Shown in pieces: positions 23,415-35,725 of a stretch of DNA of 64,000 nucleotides (position 1 is the first letter of the stretch; each line of letters begins with the position of its first letter). The DNA is from Felis catus (taxonomy: Eukaryota). A program made the translations under genes and the position numbers. The DNA lies in assembly GCF_018350175.1 (NCBI RefSeq), contig NC_058383.1, positions 20,214,001 through 20,278,000 on the forward strand. Direction: 5' to 3'. The notes under the pieces are model-generated. The model saw only the letters and a list, made by a program, of their open reading frames with translations. It did no database searches and was not told the DNA's origin.

Positions 23415-23589
23415 GCATGAGCAGGGAAGGGGCAGAGAGAGAGGGAGAGAGAGAATCCCAAACAGACTCCACGCTGTCAGTGAGGCAGTAAGGGGCCTGA
23501 CGCGGGGCTCGACCCCACGACTGCGAGATCACGACCAGAGCCAAAATCAAGAGTCAGCAACTTAACTGACTGAGCCACCCAGACGCCCC
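23364..23589 (-). mobile_element. Can-SINE
   Basis: Reverse orientation, ends gagccacccagacgcccc. Confidence 0.92.
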
Positions 23590-24499
23590 GTGATGTTCAT
23601 ATGTTCTAAAGGATGCATCCTCACACACCAAAAGAGTGGCGTTCAGTACAACAGAATATCACCAGGGCTTATCTCTTACGTGGTAAATTATGAATGGTGT
23701 ATGTATGTGTGTGCATGCATGTGTGTGTGTATGTGTGTGTGTGTGGGGGGGGGTCTATCTGTGCCCGCGGGTGTTTAATTGTAATACGTTCTTACTTTTT
23801 GGCCATCAGGAGAAATGACTCTCCAAGTAAGAAAGGTCTTGTGTTGAAAGGAGAGGTGACAGAATAGGGTGGGATATTTCTCCCCCTGAAAAACGCCTCA
23901 GGGGTCCGTACGTTACTTCAAACGCCTCCCCCGACGTGCCCGCGTAACCAAGTGACAGGGGCGGAATGGCAGAATCGGCTGTGCCCGCACCAGCCATGGG
24001 TCTGAGTTGGGTGGGAAAGCCCTTGCTTGCCATCTGGCCAAGCCATGTAATCAAAGCCAGGAGGTTCCTCGATTCCTTCCCCCCCCTCTCTGGACAGGAC
24101 CGCGAGGCGGCCCGCGCTCCAGCGGATCACCGGTGCTCCCATTTGAATCCACGAAGCCAAGAGTCCCTTGTCCGGGCCAATGCGACGCTCTCTCCTCTCC
24201 TCCCGCTCTCGCTCCTTCATGAAACAGTTCATACCTTTCACCACATGCTCGAACGTCCCCCCACCCTGTGCCGGGCACTCCATCGGTGCAGATACGTCCT
24301 GTTGAATAAAACTTCCCTTTGTGGAACTCACAGTCCCGTAGAAGAGACAGACGAGTACATGAATGATCAAAGGAGCAACAATGTAAAGGAAACTTACACG
24401 CCGATAGGGCATATGGCGGGGGGGGGGGGGGGGGGGGAGGCCAGGGAGTGGGGGGCACACTCGTTCTGTTTCAGATACGCTGACCTCACCGTTACTGAA

Positions 24500-25490
24500 T
24501 GCCAACCTCAGGGCCTTTGCACTTGTGGCTCCTCTGCCCGGAATGCTCTCATCCAGCTATCTGCACGATTCACTCCCCTGTTACGTTTGAGTTTTTGTTT
24601 AAAACATCCTCAGAGATGTTTTCATTGAGTACACCATCCAATATGTCCCCCGTATACACACGTATACACACACTCTTTCTTCATAGCCCTTAGTGCTTTA
24701 CATTACACGTATACGTGCATATACATACATGTGTGTATATGCATGTGCATATATGTGTATGGGCACACTCATATTTTACTAAATCAAGCACATGTTTGTT
24801 GCGACCCGATGATGCACCAGGCACTATAACAGGTGTGGAGATTATGGAGATGAAAAACCATGCCTGCCCTCACAAAACATTCATTCTAGCTCCGGAAAAC
24901 AGACGCCAAATTCATTAGGCATATTTTCAGGTTGGATAAGCTGCATGAGGCCAGCTTAAAATAGACTCCAGGTATTGTGAGTGACAGAAAGGGGGAATCA
25001 GGGGCACCTGAGTGGTGCAGTTGGTTGAGCATCCAACTCTTGATTTCGGCTCAGATGACGATCCCAGGGTTGTAGGATCGAGCCTCGCGTCGGGCTCCAG
25101 ACTGAATATGGGACCTGCTTAAGATGCTGTCTCTCGCTCTCTCTCTCTCTCCCTCTCTCCCTCTGCCCCTTCCCCAGCTTGTGCTCTCACTCTAAAATTA
25201 AAAAAAAAATGGGAGTGGGAATCAGAGGGTGCTCTGAGGACGTGACATACGAGCAGGTGCCTGGAGAGGTGAAGACAGCAGCTATGACAGCAGCCAGGGA
25301 AGGTGCTGTCCAAGTGGAAGGCTCTGGAAAGGCAAGGGCATGGAGGTGGGTGTTTGAGAATCAGCAGGGAGGCCGGCGTGCCCGGCACTGGGGGCGAGAT
25401 GCTGTGCAGGACAGGAATAAATTCCGAGCCTTGTAGCTGTGGTAAGGACTTTGGAAGTCATTCCGAATGAGAGGGAAAACCACACGGGGA
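24500..25490. mobile_element. LINE-2 fragments in both orientations with a nested Can-SINE (25001-25209, +)
   Basis: cctcagggcctttgcacttgtgg (+); catgtttgttgcgacccgatgatgcaccaggcac (-); SINE head at 25001. Confidence 0.7.
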
Positions 25491-25504
25491 GATTCAATCT
25501 TGTT

Positions 25505-26180
25505 ACTTTAACGTCAACTTATTGAAGTGTAATCTCCATACCATCAAATATTCTCAGTTCAAGTACACAGTCCAGTACATTCTGCCAGCTCTCCACACCT
25601 CCGTAACTGTCTCTCCAGTTAAGATACAGAATATTCCCACCCCCAGGGAAGGTTCCCTCGTGCTGCCTTTGCGGTCAACCCCCTCCCTCCGCTCCAGGCA
25701 ACCACGGGTCTGCCTTCTGTCACCTTAGACGAGCTTGGGCTTTCTAGATCCTCAGATAAACGAAGGATACAATGTGTCATCCTTTGGATCTGGCTTCCTT
25801 CACTCAGCACGATGTTTTTGAGATTCATCCGCGCTGTGACTATCACTGCTTTGCATGTGTGTGTGTGTGTGTGTGTGTATGTGTGTGTGTGTGTGTGTTT
25901 AATTACTAAGGAATGTTTCATTATATGAATATACCATAATTTGTTTTTCTATTTATCTGCGGGTAGATAGATATTTTGGTCGTTTCCAGCTTTGCACTGT
26001 CTTGAATAACGCCGCTATAAGCTTTCACATACGGGTCTTTAAATGAACATATGTTTTCATTTCTGTTTACGTGCACACCTAGGAGTGGGGGGCTTGGGCC
26101 ATATGGCCAGTGTAGGTTTAATTTATAAGGAATCGCCAACTGTTTTCCAAAGTGCTTGGACCAGCAGAGGGTAAACACAA
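25505..26180 (-). mobile_element. Old L1 (L1MB/ME-like) 3' region with (TG)n
   Basis: tggcttccttcactcagcacgatgtttttgagattcatcc; aactgttttccaaagtg. Confidence 0.8.
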
Positions 26181-26270
26181 GAGAGTACCGAGCAAAGTGC
26201 TGGCCTGGGAGAAATACATGGTCAAATTTACCGTTAAAAATATCACGGCAACTAAAAAAAGGTGGGAGGG

Positions 26271-26455
26271 GGTGGCGCCGAGGTGGCTCGGTTGGTTGAC
26301 CGTCTGACTCTCGATTACGACTCAGATCGTGATCCCAGGGTTCGATCGAGCCCCGCATCAGGCTCAGGGCTGAGCATGGAGCCTGCTGGGGATTCTCTCT
26401 CCTCCCTCGGCCCCTGTCCCAGCACCCCCCTCCCTTTAAGATAAAATTTAAAAAA
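26271..26455 (+). mobile_element. Can-SINE (older subfamily)
   Basis: Degenerate head and tail; imperfect TSD aaaaatatcacggcaact / aaaaacatcactgcagct. Confidence 0.85.
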
Positions 26456-26707
26456 CATCACTGCAGCTGCTGGGTAGAGGATGGACCGAGAATGAGGACA
26501 GTGGCACATCTCCGGAAATTGCTGGCGGGAGGTGATGGATGAAACGATTCCACAGGCGGTTAGCACACAGAGGCATCGAGACCCTGGCCCAAGGCGGCAC
26601 CTGCAGTGCACCAGGAGGCGCCCTTATCCTTGTCTGTCCTGGGAGTCCAATCACGCGTACTGTGTAGACTCGTCCCCTTACACCTGGACATCTCAATACC
26701 CCTATCA

Positions 26708-26948
26708 GAATATAAAACCTTGGACTGGGAGTGGCCTGTTCTCCGAGCATTCCACAAAATGAGCATTTCTAATAAATTTTAACTTGATAAACGAGCGCTG
26801 TCTTGCAGCGCGAGTCGTCCGTGACGCCCAGCGTCACCTGATCACCACTGAGCCAATGGTTCTTGAAACTGGTTTTGATGCACAAGCGCTTTGGATTACA
26901 AGCCCGTTTGCAGAACGAATCGTGCTCGCAAACCAAGGTTTCGCTGTA
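26708..26948. mobile_element. TcMar-Tigger-type MITE
   Basis: Terminal inverted repeats aaaaccttgg (left) / ccaaggttt...ctgta (right), ~240 bp. Confidence 0.6.
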
Positions 26949-28266
26949 TTCTGAGTTTTCTATATACGCAATATCTTACGTATAAACTTTGTATAAATAT
27001 ACATCACTCTCAACCTCTCTCTCTCTCTCTCATCTATAGCATTGCCTTAAGGACACAAAACACTTCCCACTTATTTTTAGGAACAGTTTGATCTCTTACG
27101 TGCTCTAAATCCAAGCATTAGAAAGCTGCGTCCTCTCAAGAAACGTCCATCACTGAGGCATTCTGGGCTCAAAGAAATAAGAGTTATCCTGCCGGAAGAG
27201 ATTCCTCGGGCTGTACCTGTCTCCATCTCCCTTCCTGCACAGGGGTCCCGCTCCCGACTCCCGTTCAGCTGGGGACTGGTATTGCCCCCCTCCCCCTGCG
27301 GTCTCCCAAGAGACCACATCCAGACTTCTCATCGCCTATTTGCACTCACGGCATCTGGCCTTGAGCAGGATCCGGAAAGTAGAGGGCTGGTTCTGAGGTC
27401 CCCCTGTTTCCTCTGCCTCCGGGGAGCCCACCTGGGTTCCAATTTCCAGGCCTCTGTGCAGTGAGCACCATGTGGCTAAAATCGGCCCCAGGGGATGTGG
27501 GCAGAAGTGATAGGTGGCATTCTTCCGCGTGCCCATAACACCCTCCCGCATAATCATCCACCCCGCCAGGGAAACCACCTGCTACGCCTCCCCAGGACGG
27601 AAGCAACCTGAGCCCCTGAATGTGGGGCACAGACCCTCGTCGCCCGGGAAACAAACTGCCGCCGTTGAGCCACTGCGATGGTAGAACCGTGTGACCCCGC
27701 GTGGCCGGTGGGCCTCGCCTTCTTTTCGTTTGAGCCTGGATTTGAGGCTCTCGCCTCTCGCGTCTTGGTGGCCTGACCCTGTGGTTCAAGTTGGCCCTGC
27801 CCTGCTCAGCGTCCGTAGCGCATGATGAACACAGGACGCTTGGCGTCGCCTTTCAATCTCTTTTACACGTTCCATTCGCTTCGACAGTGTTTCCTGGTTG
27901 CGAAAGGAGGAGGGGAGTACTCGTTTTCTGCTATTTAATGAGAAGGTAAATAGCTAGGGGCTCTAGAACAGGATGAAAGGGACACTCACTTTTCACTGTG
28001 TACCCTTTCATATTTTTTTTTTTGCAATTCGGGACCCCCTTTCATTTTTTTTTTTTTTTTTTTTTTTTTTGCAATTCGGGACCATGCAACTCATTCAAAT
28101 AAACACTTTTTTTTTTTAAGTACGAATAGGATGTCAACCCAGTAGGGTTACAGCATTTTCCGCGACAAGGATCTCCTGCGATTCACAACTGCATCTCAGA
28201 CTCCCGGGCGAGGGTCTGGCATGAAGTAGGTAACGTTGTGCAGTGGTTGGACATGCATCTCCCGTG

Positions 28267-28490
28267 GGGGCGCCTGGGTGGCTCGGTCGGTTAAGCGTCC
28301 GACTTCGGCTCAGGTCGTGATCCCGCGGTCCGTGAGTTCGAGCCCTGCGTCGGGCTCTGGGTTGACAGCTCGGAGCCTGGAGCCTCCTTCGCATTCTGTG
28401 TCTCCCTCTCTCTCTCTGCCCCTTCCCCGCTCACGCTCTGTCTCTCGGTCTCAAAAATAAACATTAAGAAGAAAAAAGAAAAAGAAAAGA
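28267..28490 (+). mobile_element. Can-SINE
   Basis: Full length with A-rich tail. Confidence 0.95.
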
Positions 28491-28779
28491 AATGCAGCTC
28501 CTGAATCAGACAGACCCGGACCTGCTGCTGCCAATTACTACTCTGTATGGCCGAGAAAGAGCAAATTTCCTCGCGTCTCCAAGCCCCAATGTCTTTGGTC
28601 TGACAGCATAACACTAGGGCCTGGATCCTAAGATGCTTGGAAGGAACTACCTGGGACATCGGGGGTCAGCATAGCTGAGCACCAGCACCTGACGTAGAGC
28701 GTTGCTGAGTACAACGTTTGCTCTTGCAATGAGGCATCGAGTCAATGTTTTTGAATCCCTGCTGAACCGAACAGGCAGG

Positions 28780-29250
28780 TCCTGTTAAGAAATAAAGGGG
28801 AAAAATATAACCCACAGACATCCACGCATCCTGAATTAGTGCTGTCCGGGGTAGTTTGTCCGGATTTATTTCGACTGTAATACAATCAAGCACGTGTACC
28901 AGAACCCCGCTTACCCCATCCCTTCCATCCTATTTGGCGTTTATTGATGGCCATTTACAAAGAGTGTTTATTTCCTATGCAATTGCATTTTCAGAGAGAG
29001 CGAAGGGGGGGGGGGAGGTATCACGAGGAGGACGTTTTATTAAGAGATTATTTAATATTATTGATACACTGTGCCAGGAGTCAGGGAAATGCGCCAATCG
29101 ATGGATGCCCACATCAATGTTTAATCTACTCTCAGCCCTTTGCTGGAGTATTTAATTAGCTTGCGATTTGGAAAATTGCATGGAGTACACAAGGCGATGA
29201 ATGTCCTGGAACTGAAGACAGAAGTGATTTGCTTCCAGCATCTTATGAAA
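28780..29250. promoter_or_regulatory. Candidate conserved non-coding enhancer
   Basis: Repeat-free, AT-richer block with clustered homeodomain/PBX/Fox/Cut motifs. Confidence 0.45.
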
Positions 29251-29635
29251 CAGAAAGGCTGGGAAATGTGGTACGGAGAGTCTAACACGGGAAACACAAT
29301 GGTGAGGGCAGGTGCGGAGGGAGAGCTTGCTCGGGCATTCGCACTTAGCCGCACAGACTTCTGAATCGGGCAAACCTCACACCCATTCCGTGGGGTCGGT
29401 TGGTGGCTGACCCCACTTCGTACAGGAGGCAATAAATACTGAATCAGGGATGCTAAGACGTTTGCTTTGAGACCACTCTTGGGTGCCTGCTTCCCAGGGC
29501 GTCAGTCCCTTTAATTTGGTGCATCCAAATCGTGGACCTTGGTCCCCGGAAAGGTTCCTCTGGTTTGCCTTTTGTCACCCCAGGGCAAAGGGTGGGGTCA
29601 GAAGTGCCCAAATGGCCATTCTGTGGGTTGGGCAA

Positions 29636-30105
29636 CGCGAGAGGCAGGATAATGGCCTCCCGAAGACGGCGGCTTCCTCATTCTTGCGAATAGGTCAGGT
29701 TTACATGGCAAAGGGGGACCAAGTCAAAGATGAAATTAAGATTGCCAGTGAGCTGACCTTGAGACGGGGAGACGATCTCCGTTCTGTCGGGGGCGCGGCG
29801 TAATCACGCAAGTTCTGCAAGCGGAGGAAGGAGGCAGAAGACCGAGAACGGCAGAGCTGACAGCACAAGGAGGGGCTTTGCTCTGAAGGTGGGGGACGGG
29901 GCCACGAGCCGAGGGATGTGGAAGCCTCTAGAAGCTGGAAGAGGCGAGGAAACAGGTTCTCTCCCAGGGCCTCCAGAGAGAACAGAGCCCTGCTGATACC
30001 CGGTGAGGCCACGTTGGCACTTCTGACTTCCAGAACTGTAGCTAAGAAGCCTGTGGCTTTCTTAAGCCACCGAGTGTTTGGTAATTGGTGCCTAGGAGAC
30101 GAGGA
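29636..30105 (+). mobile_element. MLT1D-like MaLR solo LTR
   Basis: aggcaggataatggcctccc...gcctctagaagctggaagaggc...cttctgacttccagaactgta...taagccac. Confidence 0.85.
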
Positions 30106-30981
30106 GAGGCAGCCTCTTGCCTGCAGTGCTCTAGAGTCGCCACATTTGGGTTTGCTTTTCACACAGTCCCGGCTCTTGAAAGGGGATGTTTCTAATCTGA
30201 CCAGGTGCTAGACTAGCACAGTGTCCACGATGCCACAGAAGGTAATCAGTACAGATCTCTGAAGTCTTGCTTCCACTTTTCTACCTCTCATGGAATGCAG
30301 GGTCCAAAATGCAGTCCCACGAGGGAAAACGTCTGCCCAGCTCTCTCTCTGTCTCTCTGTCCTTCTGCGTGTATGTGCACGCAGGGTTCCTTCGATGCCT
30401 TGTCCCATATGGATGGCCAGCTGGTGGCGTCATTTGGGCTTAGGCTGAGGGGGAGGCAGAGGACCCTAAAGATGACAGGCTCCAGCTGGACCCTCCAGCT
30501 GGCACGTCCACATGGTCCGCTCTGGCATTTGGGGCTCACGTCCAAATTATACGGAAATCGTGCTGGAATTTCATAATTCCCTTTAACCTTTGTATTTACA
30601 GTTGCCTCGGGGATCTCGCCAGCGAGGTATTTATAGTTTGGGACGGAGTTGAGGCATCTGTCTCAATATTATCTTAATTCTGCTGAGCCCTCGTCTCAAC
30701 CCTAAGACAGCCTCCCTCTTTCCTGGTCCGCCAGCTAATGGAGGAGCCACCTTAGTGTCAAAGAGCCTGGGGTAGTGCTGGCTTACCCGTCCATTCGGGT
30801 CCTCCATGCCTTCCCGTGAACAAAGATATCGGACGTCACGGGAGCCCTGTGGACTTGAGGTTGGCTGGATATTGAGGGACCGTGGACTGTGGAGAGAAAG
30901 CTGGGAGACGAAGAGATAACAAGGCTACTGTATTCATCTGTAAGGATGATAGTAAGAAGGTAAACACTTTTTGTGACCCAA

Positions 30982-31555
30982 TGTATCAGTTTCCTATTGC
31001 TGCATAACCAATTACTCCAAAACTTAGAGGCTTGGAAACAACAATGTAAATTATCTTTCACTTTGTATGGGTCTGGCTCAGCTAGGTCTTCTGGCTCTGG
31101 GATCCTTACGAGACCGTCCTCCAGGTCTGGCAGGGCTGCGGTCATCGGAAGGCTCCACTGGGAAAGGATTCTCTCCCAATGTCACACTAGCATGGTCGTC
31201 AGCAGGATCCAGGTCCTTGGTGGCTTTTGCAGCGAGGACCTCAGCTCCTCACTGCCTGTGACCCATAGGCTGCCCTTATTTCTTTGCTATGTGCGAGTCT
31301 CTGTGGAACAGGTCACAACATGGCAGTTTGGTTCAGCCAATGAAGCCACGAAGAGCCAGAGAGAGTAAACACAAACAAACAAGATGGAAGTCATAGATGT
31401 TGTGACTTCCCAGTCTTGGACGTGGCATGCCATCGTATTCCCCATATTCTGTTCCTTAGAAGGAAGTTGCTATAGGAACATCTGCACTCAGGGCAATGGG
31501 ATTGCACCGGCCGGGCCTTTGGGGGTCGTGTTGGAAGCCTCCTGCCCCCCTTACC
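30982..31555 (-). mobile_element. MLT1E/F/G-like MaLR LTR
   Basis: tgtatcagtttcctattgctgcataaccaattactccaaaacttagaggctt terminus. Confidence 0.8.
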
Positions 31556-31561
31556 ATGCCC

Positions 31562-31998
31562 CGTGAACCAGTCAGTGCTCTCCACAAACAAAACCAATGA
31601 GATATGCATAGGAAGAGATTTATGAGAAATTGGCTCATGATTCTGGAGGCTAAACTCTGCCGTCTATAAGCTGGAGGCCCCAAAAAGCTGGTGGCATAAT
31701 TCCAGTCCAAGTCTGAAGGCCTGAGAACTAGGGGAGCCGATGGTATAAATCCTAGTCAATCGCAGGAGACGATTGATGGAGCTGGAACTGACAGGCAGGA
31801 GGCGAAAGGAGCGAACTTTTGTTGCCTTTTGGCGACTTCAGGCCCTCAATGGACTGGTGCCCGGCTGGAGAGGGGAGAACAAAGTACTGAGCCCACCATT
31901 CAACTGTTAATCTCGTCCCCAAACACGCTCACTCGGAAATAACGTTTAATCTGGGCACCCCTTGGCTTAGTCAAACTGACGTGAAATCAACCATCATG
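31562..31998 (-). mobile_element. MLT2 (ERV-L) solo LTR
   Basis: gaaattggctcatgattctggaggct...gtccaagtctgaaggcctgagaact...tcaaactgacgtgaaatcaaccatca. Confidence 0.85.
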
Positions 31999-33644
31999 TC
32001 CGGGTTCTTGGAGGACGGTCGGAGGGAAGGTGATATTCTCACACTTGCTGGACTCTGGACGCTCATCTCCATCGTCACCTGTTCAAACCCAACCTGTCCT
32101 TCAATAACAAAAGGAGCTGCCGCCTCCTCTGGGAAGCTTTCCTGACTCTCCTCCGGACGGTGTGACCTGTCTGCCCCTGGGAACCAGTCTGCACCCGCCC
32201 ACTTTATGCAACTCTTATGTAATGCCGCCAGAGTCACAATGCCGGGCGCTGACTTCCGGCCCTGTCACGCACGAGCTGTGTGCCCTCGGGAAAGTCAGCT
32301 CGCATCTCCAAGTGTCGCTTTCCTCATCTGTACAAGGAGGGTAAGGACATGAGGAGCACAAAATGATACAATGCGTAGAGCTGAGCACCCAGCCTGCAGG
32401 GAGGGGATGCTTACTCCTTGTCAGTCATTACCGCAAGCGTCGTTCATTAAGCAACTTGACCACAGAGTCTGAGTCTTGCTGGTTCCCTCCTGACCCACAG
32501 TGCCTAGCAAGCACATACTTGGCACAGGGCCAAATAGTTTTAAACGGAGGGAGGGATGTGGCCACTGTGATTTCTCTGTGCTGGATCTCACCGGAGCGCC
32601 TCAGCTCAGCCGCGGGGTGTGCACTCCAGGCCCCCGGGGCTCCCGGGCTCCTGGTCTGACGGCTTCATCCCTGAGCACCTTTCCTGCTGTTGTTCGAGGG
32701 CCCCTCCCGCCGTCTGTGGGGCCGGAGGATCTCTGATGCAATCGCAGTTCCATCGCCGTGGAGAATCACCTTGTTCCCCGCGCTGCGTGTCAGGGAGAAG
32801 GATTTACGGGGAGGGGACAGAACACTTCCCCGGACTTCCATCTTCCTTTTGCGTGCACTTTCCACGCCACCGCTCCTCCCGGCCCTCATCCTTCAGCTGC
32901 CCCGAGAATCCAGAGAATATATATCATCGTTCCCGTTCTCTCTCTGTTACCTTTGCTTCTCGCTTGCTTCCTCTGAGTCCGACACAGGTAGGGGGGTGGC
33001 GGCCTCCGGTTTGCTTTGACGGTGGGCATTCCCCAGACCCTTTAGGAACGGGCTCTCTCATTCACGGTTCTCTCGCGGCTGAAATATGGTCGCAGGGAGC
33101 TCGGAAAATAGACCCCATCCTCTTTTCCCGAAAGAATTGAGCCATCTTTTTCCTCCTCGCTGCCTGCCATCCGCACTGAAAAGTTAATCTGTTCCTCTTC
33201 TCAACTAGTGCATTTATCATAGGGAAGTGGTCTGTTGTGGAAAATATTGATCAAAGGCCTGCCAGGTCCTCTGCTGGGTTGAAATCGAGTGTTGCAGTCA
33301 ATCAATGGCTTGGCATTTGGTGGTGCGGAGAGAAGGCGTCGTCCTCCGCATGAGGCCGGGCTGACGGATGCAGGGAGGGTGCTGGGGAGGGTGTCTGTCT
33401 TCTGTCTGCTTCTCCTCGTTGGCTTAAAGGGCAGGGTGGAATCCAGGAGGCTGGGCCAGGACTGGGGAATCTGTGGTCTGGTGATCTTGGGGGCCTCTGC
33501 TCCCCCCAGAGGGGGCCAGGCTCTGCGTGTCGATAGGAGAGGAAACAATTGCCGACAAGGACACTGGTCAGAGTCCATGGGAATGACTTCTTGATGTAGA
33601 ATTAGCATGCAAAAAAAAGAAAAGAAAAGAAAAGGAAATTCAAG

Positions 33645-34010
33645 GGGGCACCTGGTGGCTCAGTTGCTTAAGGGTCCAGCTCTTTTTTTAATTAATTTTT
33701 TAAATGTTTATTTTTGAGAGAGGCAGAGTGTGAGCAGAGGAGGGGCAGAGAGAGAGAGAAGCCCAGAATCTTAGCTGTCAGCACGAACCTCCGAACTGCG
33801 AGCCCATGACCTGAGCCGAAGTCAGACGCTCAACCGACTGAGCCACCCGGGCACCCAAAGCATCCGACTCTTGATTTCATCTCAGGTCATGGTCTCGAGG
33901 TTGTGAGATCGGGTTCCATGCTGAGTGTGGAAGCTGCTTCACATTCTCTCACTCTCTCCCTCTCCTTCTGCCCCTCCCCCCCCCCAAAAAAAAGAAGAAA
34001 GAAAGAAAAT
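33645..34010 (+). mobile_element. Can-SINE interrupted by a reverse Can-SINE (33683-33856)
   Basis: Outer head stops at ...aagggtccagctc and resumes at aagcatccgactc after the inner element. Confidence 0.85.
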
Positions 34011-34699
34011 TCATTTCAATTGAGGTGGTAGAAATGGGCTCCGCTCCCCACAGGTAAGTTTTTGTGTTCAGAAGCCCTGAGAGCTTCCTAATGCAAATGA
34101 CGCCATAATTGAAGATTAACTCTGGGTTCCGAACAGTAACTTCAATCTCTCCCTCCCCTCCTTCTTCCCTTCCTTCTTCCTGATTGTGAGGCTGCCTCAA
34201 ATGTTTGTCACCAAGTAGCTGCTTGCTACCTGTCAGGCACTATTCTAAGCATCAGGGATAGAGGAAGGACCAGGAAGTCGGTTTACAGTTCACTAAGCTC
34301 TCTGCTTGAGGATGGCCAGGGTGATTCAGCTGAGAACAAAGACACACACTGCTTGGGGGAGTAATGTAGCAAAGAGGGCTTCAAGGAGGAGGTGGCCTTT
34401 GAGGACTAGGAAGGCATCAAGAAAGGCAACGTGCCTCGTGGAGGCACCTAGAAGCAATCACCCATGGGAAGAGGCCACAGATTAATTCCGTGTTGGCAGG
34501 TGTAATAGCCATTGGCCAGGGAGGTCAACTGAGGCACTTTGGGACAACTTGCGTGATGAGCCAAGCCGGTTTACCGTGAGCCATGAACGACGCCAAGCAA
34601 ATGTGGGGCTTAATACCACGTTTGCCTGAAAGTAGTCCTTGAAGTATTTTATTTCCTGGAATAATTGAGATTATTGGTTGTAAGTGACAGAAAGCCGTC

Positions 34700-35157
34700 T
34701 GTGTCAGTCATGGTCCCAGCTGGAAGCAGATGGGACACTCAGTTGGGGTGATATGAATAGCGTTTAACAAAGGAACTATTTACAAAAGTGCAAAGCAGCT
34801 GGGCCTGGAGGGGCGAGAGAAAGGAGCTGTCACCAGATCCCGGGGCAGGTGCCGGGGGCGGGGGAGAGACAGAGAAAGAGAAGGGGAGGGAAGGAGGGGC
34901 CACCTGCTCCCTTTGGTTGACGCCATCCAGCCCACTCTGTGCAGCCACAGTCAGGGAATGAACCTCCGGCCTCACCCTCCCCCTTCCTCTGACCTCCGGC
35001 CAGTGTGCTCCGTCAGCCAGATTCTACTGGAAGCCGAAAGCCTTGGGAGCTGGCAATGAAGTTCACGCAGCTCAGCCTCTTGGGGCAGGGACCGCGCTGG
35101 AGGGGGTACGTCTAGGAATCCAGATGGCAGACAGAATATAGGCACCTGCCAACTCAC
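34700..35157 (-). mobile_element. LTR33-like ERVL LTR
   Basis: gtcagtcatggtcccagctggaagcagatgggacactcag...tttaacaaaggaactatttacaaa. Confidence 0.6.
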
Positions 35158-35399
35158 ATTGAATTAAGCCGATGAGTGATTTCATGAGATTATGGAAGTA
35201 GAACTGTCTTGGGGCATTCCTGACCCCAAAGCACCTCAGAACCCGGCTTTCCTAGGGGATGGTTAAACTTTCAGACGGTATAAGGTGGTCCAGTATCTTG
35301 GGGCCAACCTACAACCAACCAGCTTAGCAACCCAAGTGGGGAGAGGAGGTGTCTTTCTCAGAAATCCCGGCAATAATCCAGATTGAGTTGAGCTGGGCC

Positions 35400-35725
35400 C
35401 TACCTCCAGTGACCTTCACTTAGAGTATTCTGAGCCTCAGTTTCTGAGCCTTTAAAATGGGGATGGGCTAACCCCATGTGGAAAGAAGGAGGATAGCATG
35501 ATGGTCAAGGTCATGGACTTTGGGGCCACACTGCTTCAACTTAAATCCCAGGCCATCCACCTGCAGACTGGTGACCTTGGCTGTGTCTTAATCCCTCCAG
35601 GCCTCCCTCTTCAGACCTGTAGGGTCGGGATGATAATGTTACCCACCTCGTAAGGTAGGTAAAATAATGCATGAGAATTCTTAGTAGACCATCTGCAACC
35701 CAGTAAGTGTTTGATCGATGTTAAT
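35400..35725 (+). mobile_element. MIR fragments
   Basis: tgagcctcagtttct; gtgaccttggctgtgtcttaatccctccaggcctc. Confidence 0.7.

Noticed and set aside
23918..24628. 195-220 aa overlapping ORFs
   Set aside because: Run through a G homopolymer and L2-derived sequence; no domain or exon evidence.
27815..27910. Possible C/D snoRNA (ATGATGA box C)
   Set aside because: No CTGA box D at a suitable distance and no terminal stem.
28835..28860. Possible REST/NRSE site
   Set aside because: Only the GGACAGC half matches; the TTCAGCACC half is absent.
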